A DNA stretch of 64,000 nt from Verrucomicrobiaceae bacterium (GTDB lineage Bacteria; Verrucomicrobiota; Verrucomicrobiia; Verrucomicrobiales; Akkermansiaceae), in the NCBI GenBank assembly GCA_051252135.1, contig JBPOGH010000003.1, forward strand, positions 160,001 to 224,000, written 5' to 3'. Both the position numbers and the translations under genes were made by a program. The notes beneath the pieces were generated by a model. It was not told the DNA's origin. It made no database searches and saw only the letters and a program-made list of their open reading frames with translations. Shown piece by piece: positions 37,877-48,649 of the stretch. Position 1 is the first letter of the stretch; every line of letters starts with the position of its first letter.

Positions 37877-38766
37877 CCCTTCGCTTCTTCAACATCGCGG
37901 GCGATCTGGGACTTCAACTCCTCGATCCCCACGAATTTTTTTTCCTCCCGAATCTTCCTCTCGAATCCCACCTCGAGAAACCACCCGTACGCATCCGGCA
38001 CCTCATCTGAAAAAAGATGAACCTCCAGTGACCGCCGCGCCGACTCATCCACCGTCGGACGCGTCCCCACATTCGCCACCCCCTTCACCCAGTCGCCATT
38101 CCAGCGACCTTCGATCGCATACACCCCGTTCGGCGGCAGCTGCTCATGCGCCACCGCCACATTCGCCGTCGGAAATCCCAAGGTCCGCCCCAGCTGTCTC
38201 CCCTCCTTCACCTCGCCGTAAACCGAATACGGCCGCCCCAGCAGCGCCGCCGTCCGCGCCAAATCCCCCTCCGCCAATGCCACCCGGATCCGCGTACTGC
38301 TGATCCGCTCACCCCTCAACAACACCGGCTCCACCTTCTCCACCACCACCCCCTCGGCCCACTCCTTCAACAAATCAATACTTCCCAGCCTCCCCCTTCC
38401 AAACGTCCAATCATGCCCCGCTGCCAACCGGCTCACCCCCGTCGCATAAAGCGCCCGCGCAAAGTCCTCCGCCGGAATCGCCGCAAACTCCCGCGTAAAC
38501 TCAATCACCGTCAAAAAATCCACCCCCAGCGACGCCAAAATCCGCTCCTGATGCTCCAGCGATGTCAAAATCCTCCTCGGCGCACGCTCCGGTGCCAACA
38601 CCTGCACCGGATGGGGATCAAAAGTCAGCAAGCCCGTCCGCCCACATCCTCTCGCCGCCTCGATCACCGCCTGGTGCCCCAAATGAAGCCCGTCAAAAAC
38701 GCCCAACGCCAAACCGAAATCACTCTCGGCCTCCGCTAGCTCATCAAGACTCCGATAGATCGGCAT
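37873..38766 (-). CDS. ribF: Bifunctional riboflavin kinase/FAD synthetase
   Basis: GVFDGLHLGH, TFDPHP, ISSTRIR, GRTLGFPTAN, NVGTRPTV. Confidence 0.96.
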   Translation of the reverse strand: MPIYRSLDELAEAESDFGLALGVFDGLHLGHQAVIEAARGCGRTGLLTFDPHPVQVLAPERAPRRILTSLEHQERILASLGVDFLTVIEFTREFAAIPAEDFARALYATGVSRLAAGHDWTFGRGRLGSIDLLKEWAEGVVVEKVEPVLLRGERISSTRIRVALAEGDLARTAALLGRPYSVYGEVKEGRQLGRTLGFPTANVAVAHEQLPPNGVYAIEGRWNGDWVKGVANVGTRPTVDESARRSLEVHLFSDEVPDAYGWFLEVGFERKIREEKKFVGIEELKSQIARDVEEAKG

Positions 38767-38811
38767 GGCGCGAACCTAAGCGAGTTCACCCGCCTTTGGC
38801 AACGGATTCAA

Positions 38812-40422
38812 CTACCTCCGGCGACCCTTCCGTCGCAAATACGGCGGCACATCCAAATCCTCACCCTTCTCCACATTCGGCTCCTCCCCGTCAAAGCGAC
38901 CCTTCGGCCCCCCCTCCAGCTCCAGCTCACCCTGACCGGGCGATCTCCGCGGAACCGTTCCAAAAGCCGGGCGCTCCTTCTTCGGCTCCTCCTCGTCGAT
39001 CTCTCCCAGGACATCGCTCTTCCCAAAATCAACCTCTTCCGCCTCATCCTCGATCTCTATCTCATCCGGAATCTCTCCCCCAATCTCCTCGTCATCCTCC
39101 ACCACCCGAAGTTCCGGCGCAGCGAAGTCATCCTCCGGCTCCAGTTCGTCCGGCTGCTCCATCACAAAATCCTCATTCACTTCATCCAACTCACCCTCCA
39201 GATCACTCACCTCATCCTCCTCTTCCGCAACCACCTCAAAGGCACCCCCAACTTCTTCCACCTCAATTTCCACTTCCTCTTCAAACTCTTCCACCTCTTC
39301 CACCTCTTCCACCACCGCTTCCTCCACCGCAGCCACGTCCTCCTCAACCTCCGCCGCCACAAATCCCGCCTCCTCAATCTCCTCCTCCACTTCCTCCACC
39401 TCATCCACAACCGTCTCCTCCACCTCCGGAATCACCGGCAAGGACTGCAGCCGATCCTCCGGCAGGGCACTGATAATCGTCACGCTCAACGCATCATTCA
39501 TCGCCTCATCCGTCGCCGCCCCAAAGAGCACATGCGCCTCGTCCGGCAAATGCTTCGTCAGCCCCTGCATCAACAAATCCACCTCGAAAAGAGTCATATC
39601 CTCACCACCACACACATGCACCAACACCGTCGTCGCATCATTCAACAACGACCCGCTATCAAGCAGCGGACTGCTCAACGCCGCCTTCAACGCCCCCTGC
39701 GCCCGATTCTCCCCGCGCGCCAGACCGGATCCAAACAAACACCTCGACCGCGTCGTCTTCAACGCCGTCATCAGCTCATCCAGCCCCACATTGATCAACC
39801 CCGGACGCAACACCAAGCGCGCCACCGCCGTGATACTATCGGAAATCATCCGGTCCGCTGCCGAAAACGCCTCGTGCACCCCCTGCTTCGGCAGGACCAA
39901 CTCACCCATCCGACCATTGTCAAAAGTCACCAAAGCATTCGAAAGCACCGCCAACTGATTCAGCGACTCCTCCGCCTGGCTCCGACGCCGCCTCCCCTCA
40001 AACGCAAATGGCATCGTCGCAAACACCACCACAAACGCCCCCGCCTCCCGGGCAAGTCGCACCAGAATCGGCGCCGCACCCGACCCCGTTCCGCCGCCCA
40101 GACCCACACAAATAAACACAATCTGGCGATCCCGCAGCGCATCCTTCACCTCAACTTCCGCCTCCAAAATCGAATTCTCCCCCAATTCCGGATCCCCTCC
40201 CGCTCCCAGCCCCTTCGTCAAATTACGACCCAACTGAATCTTCTCACCCGCCACCGAGCTAGCCAAAGTCCGGATATCCGTATTCAGCGCCAACAACTCC
40301 GCACCCTCGATCCCGTCAAGCGCCACCCGGTCCAACATATTCGCCCCCGCTCCCCCAAGCCCCACAATCTTTACGGCACTCTCGGGAATCGTCTGCTGGC
40401 GGTTACGTTCAAACTTAATCAT
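38812..40422 (-). CDS. ftsZ: Cell division protein FtsZ with long acidic linker
   Basis: GLGGAGAN, NTD, GLGAGGDP, GGGTGSG, PFAFEG, C-terminal DLDVPPYLRRK; likely ATG 40422. Confidence 0.95.
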   Translation of the reverse strand: MIKFERNRQQTIPESAVKIVGLGGAGANMLDRVALDGIEGAELLALNTDIRTLASSVAGEKIQLGRNLTKGLGAGGDPELGENSILEAEVEVKDALRDRQIVFICVGLGGGTGSGAAPILVRLAREAGAFVVVFATMPFAFEGRRRRSQAEESLNQLAVLSNALVTFDNGRMGELVLPKQGVHEAFSAADRMISDSITAVARLVLRPGLINVGLDELMTALKTTRSRCLFGSGLARGENRAQGALKAALSSPLLDSGSLLNDATTVLVHVCGGEDMTLFEVDLLMQGLTKHLPDEAHVLFGAATDEAMNDALSVTIISALPEDRLQSLPVIPEVEETVVDEVEEVEEEIEEAGFVAAEVEEDVAAVEEAVVEEVEEVEEFEEEVEIEVEEVGGAFEVVAEEEDEVSDLEGELDEVNEDFVMEQPDELEPEDDFAAPELRVVEDDEEIGGEIPDEIEIEDEAEEVDFGKSDVLGEIDEEEPKKERPAFGTVPRRSPGQGELELEGGPKGRFDGEEPNVEKGEDLDVPPYLRRKGRRR

Positions 40423-40562
40423 ATCGACTTGAAATTTAACCAAACCGTAGCAACCAACCCCCCGACACGCGAGCGAAAACCCGATAAACCCTCAACCCCT
40501 CCGCGTCTCTCGATTCCCATTAGGAAGTTGCTTTCCTTTGAATCTAACCTCACAATGGCCCG

Positions 40563-41627
40563 ATGTGTGGAAAATTTAGCAACATCAGAATCAAGTTTTC
40601 GCGATCCGTCTTACTCCTTCACTGCTCGCTTCTTCAATTCACCTACGCCGATCTGGAATTAAGCTTCGAAGGGGAAGCCGATAAGGAATTCGTGACCTGG
40701 ACCGCATCAGGATGCCTCACCATCGCAACCGACACCTCCTTCGGGCCTCTCAACGACACTTCCTTGCTCTATCCGAATGGTGGTCCCGGTTGGACCTTTT
40801 TCTCCGATACCGGCTTCGGTGAAAATCTCGTTAAGAAAAACGCCTCAACCACCGTGGAAGCCGGCGGGAGCTTCAATTGGATCATCAAAGACTCACAAGG
40901 AACCGAAATCCAAACCATCACCGTTCCCATCACCGGTTGGTTGATTTCACAACTCTACCAATCCATCGAACCTCGAACCGCCCCTTACACCGTCCCCAAC
41001 CTTGAGATCGGTCAGCAACTCTGCTGGGAGGGAACCGGGACCTTCATGATCAACCCCGATCCCCCCAACAACGAAAGCAACACTCTCAACACCGTCTTCC
41101 GGGAAGGCACAAAACAACGCGATGCCAACGGCGGCCTCATCAAACAAACCGTTAAGTTTCTCTCCGGAATGCCACCCTACAGCTACGAGGAATTCCAAGC
41201 CACCGCCTTCCCCCCTGATGCTGATCCGGAGAAAATCCGACCATCGGATGACTACGATGGCGATGGCATTTCGAATTACTACGAATATGCCACCGATACG
41301 TCACCCACCTTCAAAAACAAATCACAGTTCGTAGTTGGAGAAATCCTTGGGACCCCATGTTTTCAATTTTGGATCCGTCTCGACGATCCAAACATCGCTT
41401 ACACAATAAAATACAGCGATACCCTCCTTCAATTTGAATCAACTGGGCTCACCATTAACTTGGATCAAAACCCTGATATTGATATCAAGGCTACCAACCC
41501 GTCTGCCCCCTTTACTTTCATTGTCCAAAATCCTGATATGGCAGAAGAATTCCGCCACGTTACAGTGTGCTACAACGGAACCTCCAAGAAACTCTTCGCG
41601 GTCCTGGAAATTGCCAAAGCCGAGTAA
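40563..41627 (+). CDS. Hypothetical secreted protein
   Basis: Signal-like N-terminus; DYDGDGISNYYEYA motif; lower GC. Confidence 0.75.
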   Translation: MCGKFSNIRIKFSRSVLLLHCSLLQFTYADLELSFEGEADKEFVTWTASGCLTIATDTSFGPLNDTSLLYPNGGPGWTFFSDTGFGENLVKKNASTTVEAGGSFNWIIKDSQGTEIQTITVPITGWLISQLYQSIEPRTAPYTVPNLEIGQQLCWEGTGTFMINPDPPNNESNTLNTVFREGTKQRDANGGLIKQTVKFLSGMPPYSYEEFQATAFPPDADPEKIRPSDDYDGDGISNYYEYATDTSPTFKNKSQFVVGEILGTPCFQFWIRLDDPNIAYTIKYSDTLLQFESTGLTINLDQNPDIDIKATNPSAPFTFIVQNPDMAEEFRHVTVCYNGTSKKLFAVLEIAKAE

Positions 41628-41822
41628 AAAGCACCCACCTGCGCATTTCTCCCCCCATTGCATGAACAAAGTCCGCGGGTTCCCTTGAACAGGATGAATT
41701 GATCGGCATTACCCCGTCGAACTCAATTCGGGGCCGATTCCTTTCGGCCTGCTGAAACTGAATACGATCACTGAATCTTGATTGACACGTTCGGGATTGG
41801 GAACGCGTAGTCTAGGGCCACA

Positions 41823-44204
41823 ATGACTCTCCCTCACGTCACTCTCGCCCTCACCGCCTCCATCGGCCTTTCCTTTGCCGCCGCCCCGAAAGGCCGGATG
41901 GCACTTCCTGACTTCACCAAAGGCGACCCCATTCCCGAGGGAGCGGTTCATGACTGGAATCTCGGAGCCACCGGACTCCGCGGATGGATGTTCAGCGACA
42001 AACTGGAAACCTCGGACGCCCGCCAGATCGCCATCACTCAAGTCGATCAAGGCTCACCCGCTGACGGCCTCATCCAAGTGGGCGATGTCATCCTCGGCAC
42101 CAAACGCCCCTTTTCCTCGGACCCTCGCACCGGGTTCGGACGCGCCCTGAGTTTGGCGGAATCAATTGATGGAAAGCTCCGCGTCATCCGTTGGCGGGCC
42201 GGTCAGCAGGAAGAAGTGACCATTCAGCTGCCTGTCATGGGGAGCTACAGTGCCACCGCTCCTTTCAACTGCTCGAAATCCCAACGCATCCTGGAGCAAG
42301 GATGCGCCGCCTTGGCCCAAAAAATGACCGGGCCAAACTACCAAAAACAAGTCAACCCCATCACCCGCTCGCTCAACGCTCTGGCCCTCCTCGCCAGCGG
42401 GGACGCCAAATTCCTCCCCCTCGTAAAACGCGAAGCCCAATGGGCCTCGGGCTTCAAGGCGGAGAGCTTTCAGACCTGGTTCTACGGCTACACCATGATC
42501 CTCCTCTCGGAATACATCATCGCCACCGGAGACGATTCCGTGATGCCCGGCCTGCGGCGTCTCGCTCTGGAATCAGCCGCCGGTCAAAGCGTCGTCGGGT
42601 CCTGGGGCCACCGCTTCGCCGGAGACGATGGCCGGCTCATGGGCTACGGCATGATGAACTCACCCGGCATTCCCCTCACCATCGCCCTGGTGCTTGCGCG
42701 CGAAGCCGGAGTGAAGGACTCCGAAGTCTCCCGGGCGATCGAACGCAGCGCCAAGCTCGTGCGGTTCTATTCCGGAAAGGGCGCCATCCCCTACGGCGAC
42801 CACCACCCTTGGATCCAAACCCACGAGGACAATGGCAAGTGCGGCATGGCCGCCGTCCTCTTCAACCTTCTTGATGAGTCTGAAAAAACGGAGTTCTTCT
42901 CACGCATGAGCCTCGCCTCCCACGGCTCCGAGCGGGACACCGGTCACACCGGTAATTTTTTCAACCTCCTCTGGGCCCTTCCCGGCGTCTCCCAATCCGG
43001 CCCCCAGGCCACAGGTGCCTGGATGACCGAGTTCGGAGCTTGGTACTTCGATCTCGCGCGCCGCTGGGATGGCACCTTCCTCCACCAGGGCCCTCCCCAA
43101 ATGAAAAAAGACTCCTACAAGGGCTGGGATGGCACCGGAGCCTATCTTCTCGCCTATGCGCTTCCCCTCAAAAAACTCCACCTCACCGGGAAACGCCCGA
43201 CCAAAACTCCCCTCCTCTCCCCTGACAACGCCCGCGCCCTGATCGTCGATGGCCGCGGGTGGAGCAACAAGGATCGCAACAGCGCCTACGATGGATTGGA
43301 AAATGACCAGCTCCTGATCATGCTCGAAAGCTGGTCTCCCACCGTCCGAGAACGGGCCGCCATGGCCATGGCACGTCGCAAGTGGAACCCCATCGACACG
43401 CTCGTCGAGAGGCTCGATTCCCCCAATCTCAATTCCCGTTACGGCGCGTGCCAGGCCCTCGTCCAGCTGAAATCTCCACGGGAAAAAGCCGTCCCCGCCC
43501 TGAGAAAAAACCTCAAACACCAAGACCTGTGGCTGCGCGTGAAAGCCGCCGAAGCCCTCGCCACCATGGGTGAGGCCGCCATGGAAGCCCTTCCCGAATT
43601 GCTCACCATGATCGCCAAAGGCGCTTCCCCCTCCGACCCCCGCGCCATGGAACAACGCTACCTCAGCTTCGCCGTCTTCGGAAAAATGCTCAAAAAATCC
43701 CTCGCTGGCGTCGATCGCGACCTCCTGCGTCAAGCTGTGGTCGCCGGCCTTCAAAATCAGGACGGTCGCTCACGGGGCGATGTCAGCAACGTCTACCAAA
43801 ACCTCAGTTATGAGGAGGTGAAACCCCTCCTCCCCGCGATCCACGAAGCCACCGTCACCCCCGCACCCAGTGGCGTGATGTTTGCCGCCGGAGTCCGGCT
43901 CGCGGGCCTCGACCTCCTCGCCAAACACCACATCAAGGAAGGTATGCCCCTCTGTTTCGAAGTCATGGAGATCGAAAAATGGGGCAAGGGCAACCGAATC
44001 CCCCGCTGCCTCGATGCCCTCGCAAAATACGGCACCGCCGCCAAGCCCATGATCCCCCGCCTTCAGCAGCTCGAAAAAGACCTCCTCGCACACCGTGAGG
44101 CCCGAAACCTCCAAAAGCACACCGACAAAGTGCGCGCCCTCATTCAACAAATCGAAAAGGCCAACGGCCCGGTCACCCTTCGCAGCCTCCGCGACCCCTC
44201 ATGA
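41823..44204 (+). CDS. DUF6288-like secreted protein (PDZ-like, alpha-barrel, HEAT repeats)
   Basis: WNLGATGLRGW, GSPADG..QVGDVILG, GAIPYGDH, GHTGNFF, LARRWDG; C-terminal HEAT-like repeats. Confidence 0.8.
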   Translation: MTLPHVTLALTASIGLSFAAAPKGRMALPDFTKGDPIPEGAVHDWNLGATGLRGWMFSDKLETSDARQIAITQVDQGSPADGLIQVGDVILGTKRPFSSDPRTGFGRALSLAESIDGKLRVIRWRAGQQEEVTIQLPVMGSYSATAPFNCSKSQRILEQGCAALAQKMTGPNYQKQVNPITRSLNALALLASGDAKFLPLVKREAQWASGFKAESFQTWFYGYTMILLSEYIIATGDDSVMPGLRRLALESAAGQSVVGSWGHRFAGDDGRLMGYGMMNSPGIPLTIALVLAREAGVKDSEVSRAIERSAKLVRFYSGKGAIPYGDHHPWIQTHEDNGKCGMAAVLFNLLDESEKTEFFSRMSLASHGSERDTGHTGNFFNLLWALPGVSQSGPQATGAWMTEFGAWYFDLARRWDGTFLHQGPPQMKKDSYKGWDGTGAYLLAYALPLKKLHLTGKRPTKTPLLSPDNARALIVDGRGWSNKDRNSAYDGLENDQLLIMLESWSPTVRERAAMAMARRKWNPIDTLVERLDSPNLNSRYGACQALVQLKSPREKAVPALRKNLKHQDLWLRVKAAEALATMGEAAMEALPELLTMIAKGASPSDPRAMEQRYLSFAVFGKMLKKSLAGVDRDLLRQAVVAGLQNQDGRSRGDVSNVYQNLSYEEVKPLLPAIHEATVTPAPSGVMFAAGVRLAGLDLLAKHHIKEGMPLCFEVMEIEKWGKGNRIPRCLDALAKYGTAAKPMIPRLQQLEKDLLAHREARNLQKHTDKVRALIQQIEKANGPVTLRSLRDPS

Positions 44205-45181
44205 ACAAATCTCTCTTCCCAACCTGGATCACCGTTTGCGTCCTCTCCCTTTCCGCCCATCTTTCCGCGGCTCCCATCCCCGCGAACGGGAAATTGAAGA
44301 TCTTCATCCTCTCCGGCCAGTCAAACATGGTCGGCTTCGGTCAGCTGAAAGGCGAGGCCGGCACGATGGAAGGCTGCCTCAAAAGCAAGCCCAAGGACTT
44401 CCGCCACCTCGTCGACAAAAATGGCAGCGCGGTCATCCGCGATGACGTCTGGATCGTCAACATTTCCCAAGCCGACAACAAACAACAGGGGTGGCTCACC
44501 ACCGGATACGGCGCAACCAAGGAGCACATCGGTCCGGAATACGGCTTCGGCTTCACCATCGGCGATCACTTCGAGGACCCGGTCCTCCTCATCAAGTCCG
44601 CCTGGGGTGGCCGCTCGCTCTTTCAGAACTTCCTCTCCCCCGGTGCGGAGGACTACCCCAAGCCGCAAAAAGATGGCGACAAAGGCTTCCACTTCGCCGA
44701 GGTCGTCCGTCACGTAAAAGCAATCACCGGTGACCTGAAAACCTACTACCCGGACTACGATGAAAAAGGCTTCGAGCTCGTCGGCTTCGGCTGGCACCAG
44801 GGCTGGAACGACCGCATCAACCAGGCCGCGGTCGATGCCTACGAAAAGAACATGGTCCACTTCGTCAAGGACATGCGAAAGGCGCTCGGAGTCGAAAACC
44901 TCCCCTTCGTCATCGCCAACACCGGCATGGGCGGCTGGGACATTCCCGCTCGTTACAAAGCCAAGGTCGAAAAGCTCATGGAAGCCCAACTCGCCCTCGC
45001 CGACCCCCAAAAATATCCCGCGTTCAAGGGAAACGTCGCCGGCGTGGAAACCCGTGATTTCCAGCGAACCCTTGAGGAATCACCCTCGAAACAAGAATAC
45101 CACTGGATGCGCAACTGGGAGACCTACTACCTCATCGGCACCTCAATGGGTCAGAAAATGATGGGGCTTCTTCGCAATTAG
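44201..45181 (+). CDS. Sialate O-acetylesterase-like SGNH hydrolase (SASA)
   Basis: FILSGQSNM, GPEYGFG, WHQGWND; ATGA overlap with upstream gene. Confidence 0.9.
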   Translation: MNKSLFPTWITVCVLSLSAHLSAAPIPANGKLKIFILSGQSNMVGFGQLKGEAGTMEGCLKSKPKDFRHLVDKNGSAVIRDDVWIVNISQADNKQQGWLTTGYGATKEHIGPEYGFGFTIGDHFEDPVLLIKSAWGGRSLFQNFLSPGAEDYPKPQKDGDKGFHFAEVVRHVKAITGDLKTYYPDYDEKGFELVGFGWHQGWNDRINQAAVDAYEKNMVHFVKDMRKALGVENLPFVIANTGMGGWDIPARYKAKVEKLMEAQLALADPQKYPAFKGNVAGVETRDFQRTLEESPSKQEYHWMRNWETYYLIGTSMGQKMMGLLRN

Positions 45182-45190
45182 AAGCGCTTC

Positions 45191-45841
45191 CTACTCGTGC
45201 CGGGTAATCACCGTCCGGGGCATCTTGAGGAGAACGCGTTGCTCCTGCTGGGCGACTTTCATCTCCTTAAGTAAACCCCGGGCGTTCTCATACCCGGTCT
45301 CCGCTGGTTGGCGAAGGTCACCGTGATCCCCTAAAAGAGACAAAAGCTCTTTCTTTGCTGACTCCACCAATTCTTCCTGTTTCGAAAGCTCTTCATCCAA
45401 GGCTTCGAGAGCCATTTCAGCCCGATCCTGTTCAATGCTGTTCTTCCGACTGATAAACGCCTCAGCCACCGCATCGGCGAGGAGTTTCGCTTCCTGCTCG
45501 TCGTGACTTTTGGCGATGATTTCGATGAAGTCAGTGCCGCGACGAGGCTTGGCAATCACTTGCAGCTTAAGTTGCGCGAGCGTTTCCTCCGGACTGAGAT
45601 TCCAGCCTTGGTCCAGGGAGATGTCCTCAATCACGTAGCGCAAATTTTCCTCACTTGCAGGAGTTTCAAACTCACTTTCCATGTAACCTCTTCCTGGTCC
45701 ATTGGCCGAAATCATCGACGGATGAACCTGAATCACGGCGGTGCTTTTGTATTTGTAGCCCCAAAACCCTCCGGGTTGGCCGAAGCGGTAGCCGATGAAG
45801 GCGATCAAAATGACGGTGAGAATGGTGAGGAAATACTTCAT
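45191..45841 (-). CDS. Wzz/GumC-like periplasmic coiled-coil protein
   Basis: N-terminal TM, YKSTAVIQV, RGTDFIEI, A..LADAVAEAF, coiled coil; likely ATG 45841. Confidence 0.65.
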   Translation of the reverse strand: MKYFLTILTVILIAFIGYRFGQPGGFWGYKYKSTAVIQVHPSMISANGPGRGYMESEFETPASEENLRYVIEDISLDQGWNLSPEETLAQLKLQVIAKPRRGTDFIEIIAKSHDEQEAKLLADAVAEAFISRKNSIEQDRAEMALEALDEELSKQEELVESAKKELLSLLGDHGDLRQPAETGYENARGLLKEMKVAQQEQRVLLKMPRTVITRHE

Positions 45842-45910
45842 CGGGACGGGTCGGCTTTGCCCTTTAGTCAAAGGCAGAAGGGAAATCGTTCAAAAGGCTG
45901 AAATAAATCG

Positions 45911-45931
45911 TAATTAGAATAATTCTAATTA
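45911..45931. promoter_or_regulatory. Per/Fur-type operator
   Basis: Perfect 10-1-10 palindrome TAATTAGAAT-A-ATTCTAATTA with 7-1-7 core TTAGAAT-A-ATTCTAA, about 40 bp upstream of a Fur-family gene. Confidence 0.8.
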
Positions 45932-45973
45932 GGACTTGAACCTATCCGATCCGTGGCTAGGTTCCCGCCTCCT

Positions 45974-46402
45974 ATGATCGCTATCGACGACAGCAAGAGC
46001 CCATCTCCTGAGGAATTCCCCTCCGAGATCGAAGGCTTGCGCATGACCAAGCAACGCCGCGAGGTGCTCTCGGTCCTGCTGAAGGATCGTGATCACCCCA
46101 CCGCAACCGATATTTACGCCCGTTCGCAGGACCGGATGCCCTCGATCTCTCTCGCAACAGTCTACAACTGCCTCGAGGTCCTCGTTTCCCACGGCATCGT
46201 CAAGCAGGTGAACTTCGAACGCGAACCCTCTCGCTACTGCCCCAACCTTTCCGACCATTGTCACTTCCAGGACGTGGGAACGGGGAAAATTCACGACGTC
46301 ACTTTTAAAGAAGGAGTGAGGCTTGAAGATTTCCTCGATTTACCCCAAGGGACCGACATCAGCCACCTCGAGATCAGCCTGAAAGGGCGTTTCGGCCAAT
46401 AA
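45974..46402 (+). CDS. Fur-family transcriptional repressor (PerR/Irr-like)
   Basis: RMTKQR, DHPTA, ISLATVYNCL, HCHF; likely ATG 45974. Confidence 0.9.
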   Translation: MIAIDDSKSPSPEEFPSEIEGLRMTKQRREVLSVLLKDRDHPTATDIYARSQDRMPSISLATVYNCLEVLVSHGIVKQVNFEREPSRYCPNLSDHCHFQDVGTGKIHDVTFKEGVRLEDFLDLPQGTDISHLEISLKGRFGQ

Positions 46403-46428
46403 TTCACTAAAATTCGACCACTTTTTTC

Positions 46429-47172
46429 ATGAGCCTGACCATTGAAAACCTGCACGCGTCTGTTGACGGAACTCCGATCCTGAAGGGTCTAAATCTCGAG
46501 ATCCCCGCTGGCGAAATCCACGCCATCATGGGACCCAACGGTTCCGGTAAATCCACCCTTTCCAAAGTGATCGCCGGTCACGACGACTACGAGGTCACCG
46601 AGGGCCGCGTCCTTCTCGATGGCGTCGATATCGCCGAACTGGAAGTCGATGAGCGTTCCCGCGCCGGCATTTTCCTCGCCTTCCAGTATCCCGCCGAGGT
46701 TCCCGGAGTTTCCAATGCCAACTTTCTCCGCGCCGCCCTTCAGGCCCGCTTGCCCGATGGTGAGGAGATCGATGCCGTGGCCTTCTACAAGGACATGTAT
46801 GCCAAAATGGACGAACTCGAGATGAACCGCAAGTTCACCAGCCGCGCCGTCAACGAAGGCTTCTCCGGTGGTGAAAAGAAACGGAACGAGATTCTCCAAA
46901 TGATGATGCTCGACCCCCGTTACTGTCTCCTCGATGAGACCGATTCCGGACTCGATATCGATGCCCTCAAGGTCGTCGCCAAGGGCGTGAACTCCATGCG
47001 TTCTCCAAACCGTGGCTTCCTCGTCATCACACACTACCAGCGCCTCCTCGACTACATCAAGCCGGACCACGTCCACGTCATGGCCGACGGCCAGATCGTC
47101 AAGTCCGGTGGAGCCGAGCTCGCCCTTCAACTCGAGGAAAGCGGATACGACTTCCTCAAGCAGCCCGCTTAA
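46429..47172 (+). CDS. sufC: Fe-S cluster assembly ATPase SufC
   Basis: [45 protein letters not shown]. Confidence 0.97.
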   Translation: MSLTIENLHASVDGTPILKGLNLEIPAGEIHAIMGPNGSGKSTLSKVIAGHDDYEVTEGRVLLDGVDIAELEVDERSRAGIFLAFQYPAEVPGVSNANFLRAALQARLPDGEEIDAVAFYKDMYAKMDELEMNRKFTSRAVNEGFSGGEKKRNEILQMMMLDPRYCLLDETDSGLDIDALKVVAKGVNSMRSPNRGFLVITHYQRLLDYIKPDHVHVMADGQIVKSGGAELALQLEESGYDFLKQPA

Positions 47173-47193
47173 CCCCTTCTACCTGTCCCAGCT

Positions 47194-48615
47194 ATGAGCA
47201 CCGAAACCGCCACCGTAAAACAAGTCGCTCTTGAAAAAGACGACATTGGAAACTTTTCCTTCCCCGAGAATCACAAATACGATGCGGGTTACGGTCTCAC
47301 CAAAGACACCATCGACTACATCTCGAAGGTCAAGGACGAGCCCGCCTGGGTGAACGAGTTCCGCCATAAGGCGCTCGAAATCTTCGAATCCAAGCCCATG
47401 CCCACCAACTGGGCCACGGAGGATTTGAACAACATCGATTTCGACAAAATTCGTTACTACCTCTCCGACGGTGCAACGCCAAAACGCTCATGGGACGACG
47501 TCCCTCCCGAGGTGCTGGAAACCTTCGACCGTCTCGGCGTCCCCGAGCAGGAGCGCGCCTTCCTCGCCGGTGTCGAAGCCCAATACGACTCGGAAGCAGC
47601 TTACTCCAACGTCAAGGAAGCACTCGCCGATGAAGGAGTCATCTTCGTCACCTGTTCCGAAGGACTCAAGGAGCACGAGGAAATCTTCCGCCCCTGGTTT
47701 GGAAAAGTCATCCCAACCGGTGACAACAAATTCTCCGCTCTCAACTCCGCCGTGATGTCCGGCGGTTCCTTCATCTACATTCCCAAGGGAGTAAAAGTGA
47801 AGCACCCGCTGCAGGCTTACTTCCGCATCAACTCCGAGAACTTCGGCCAGTTCGAGCGCACCCTCATCATCGCCGACGAAGGTTCCGAGGTGATGTACAT
47901 GGAAGGCTGCACCGCACCGAAATTCGAAACCGCCACCCTCCACTCCGCCGTCGTGGAGCTGGTCGCCATGAAGGGCGCCAAGATTCAATACATCACCGTC
48001 CAAAACTGGTCCTCGAACGTGTTCAACCTCGTGACCAAGCGTGGCCTCGCCCACGAAGACGCCGAGATTCGGTGGATCGATTGCAACATCGGCTCACGCC
48101 TCACCATGAAGTATCCCGGCGTCGTCATGAAGGGCGAGCGCGCCCGTGGCGAAGTGATCTCCATCGCTCTCGCGAACGACGGCCAGCACCAGGACACCGG
48201 TGCCAAAATGATTCACGCCGCAAACAACACCACCTCCAACGTGGTGTCCAAATCGATCTCCGTTGGCGAAGGCCGCTCCACTTACCGTGGCCAGGTCCAC
48301 ATTCCCAAGCACCTCAAAGGCTGCAAGAACAACACCGAGTGCGACGCCCTCCTCATCAACCCGAAGAGCCGCACCGATACCTACCCCGCGATCACCGTCA
48401 AAGGAAACCAGCACGTCACCCAGCACGAAGCCAGCGTGAGTCAGGTCTCCGAGGAAATGCTCTTCTACATGCAGCAGCGTGGCCTCAATGAAGCCCAGGC
48501 CATGTCTCTCGCCGTCAATGGTTTCATCAACGACCTCGTCCAGGAATTCCCCATGGAATATTCTGTCGAACTCAAACGCCTCATCGACCTCGAGATGGAA
48601 GGCTCCGTCGGCTAG
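47194..48615 (+). CDS. sufB: Fe-S cluster assembly protein SufB
   Basis: [40 protein letters not shown] end. Confidence 0.97.
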   Translation: MSTETATVKQVALEKDDIGNFSFPENHKYDAGYGLTKDTIDYISKVKDEPAWVNEFRHKALEIFESKPMPTNWATEDLNNIDFDKIRYYLSDGATPKRSWDDVPPEVLETFDRLGVPEQERAFLAGVEAQYDSEAAYSNVKEALADEGVIFVTCSEGLKEHEEIFRPWFGKVIPTGDNKFSALNSAVMSGGSFIYIPKGVKVKHPLQAYFRINSENFGQFERTLIIADEGSEVMYMEGCTAPKFETATLHSAVVELVAMKGAKIQYITVQNWSSNVFNLVTKRGLAHEDAEIRWIDCNIGSRLTMKYPGVVMKGERARGEVISIALANDGQHQDTGAKMIHAANNTTSNVVSKSISVGEGRSTYRGQVHIPKHLKGCKNNTECDALLINPKSRTDTYPAITVKGNQHVTQHEASVSQVSEEMLFYMQQRGLNEAQAMSLAVNGFINDLVQEFPMEYSVELKRLIDLEMEGSVG

Positions 48616-48649
48616 TCCCCTTCACTCCGCTCATTTCAATTTTTCTACA

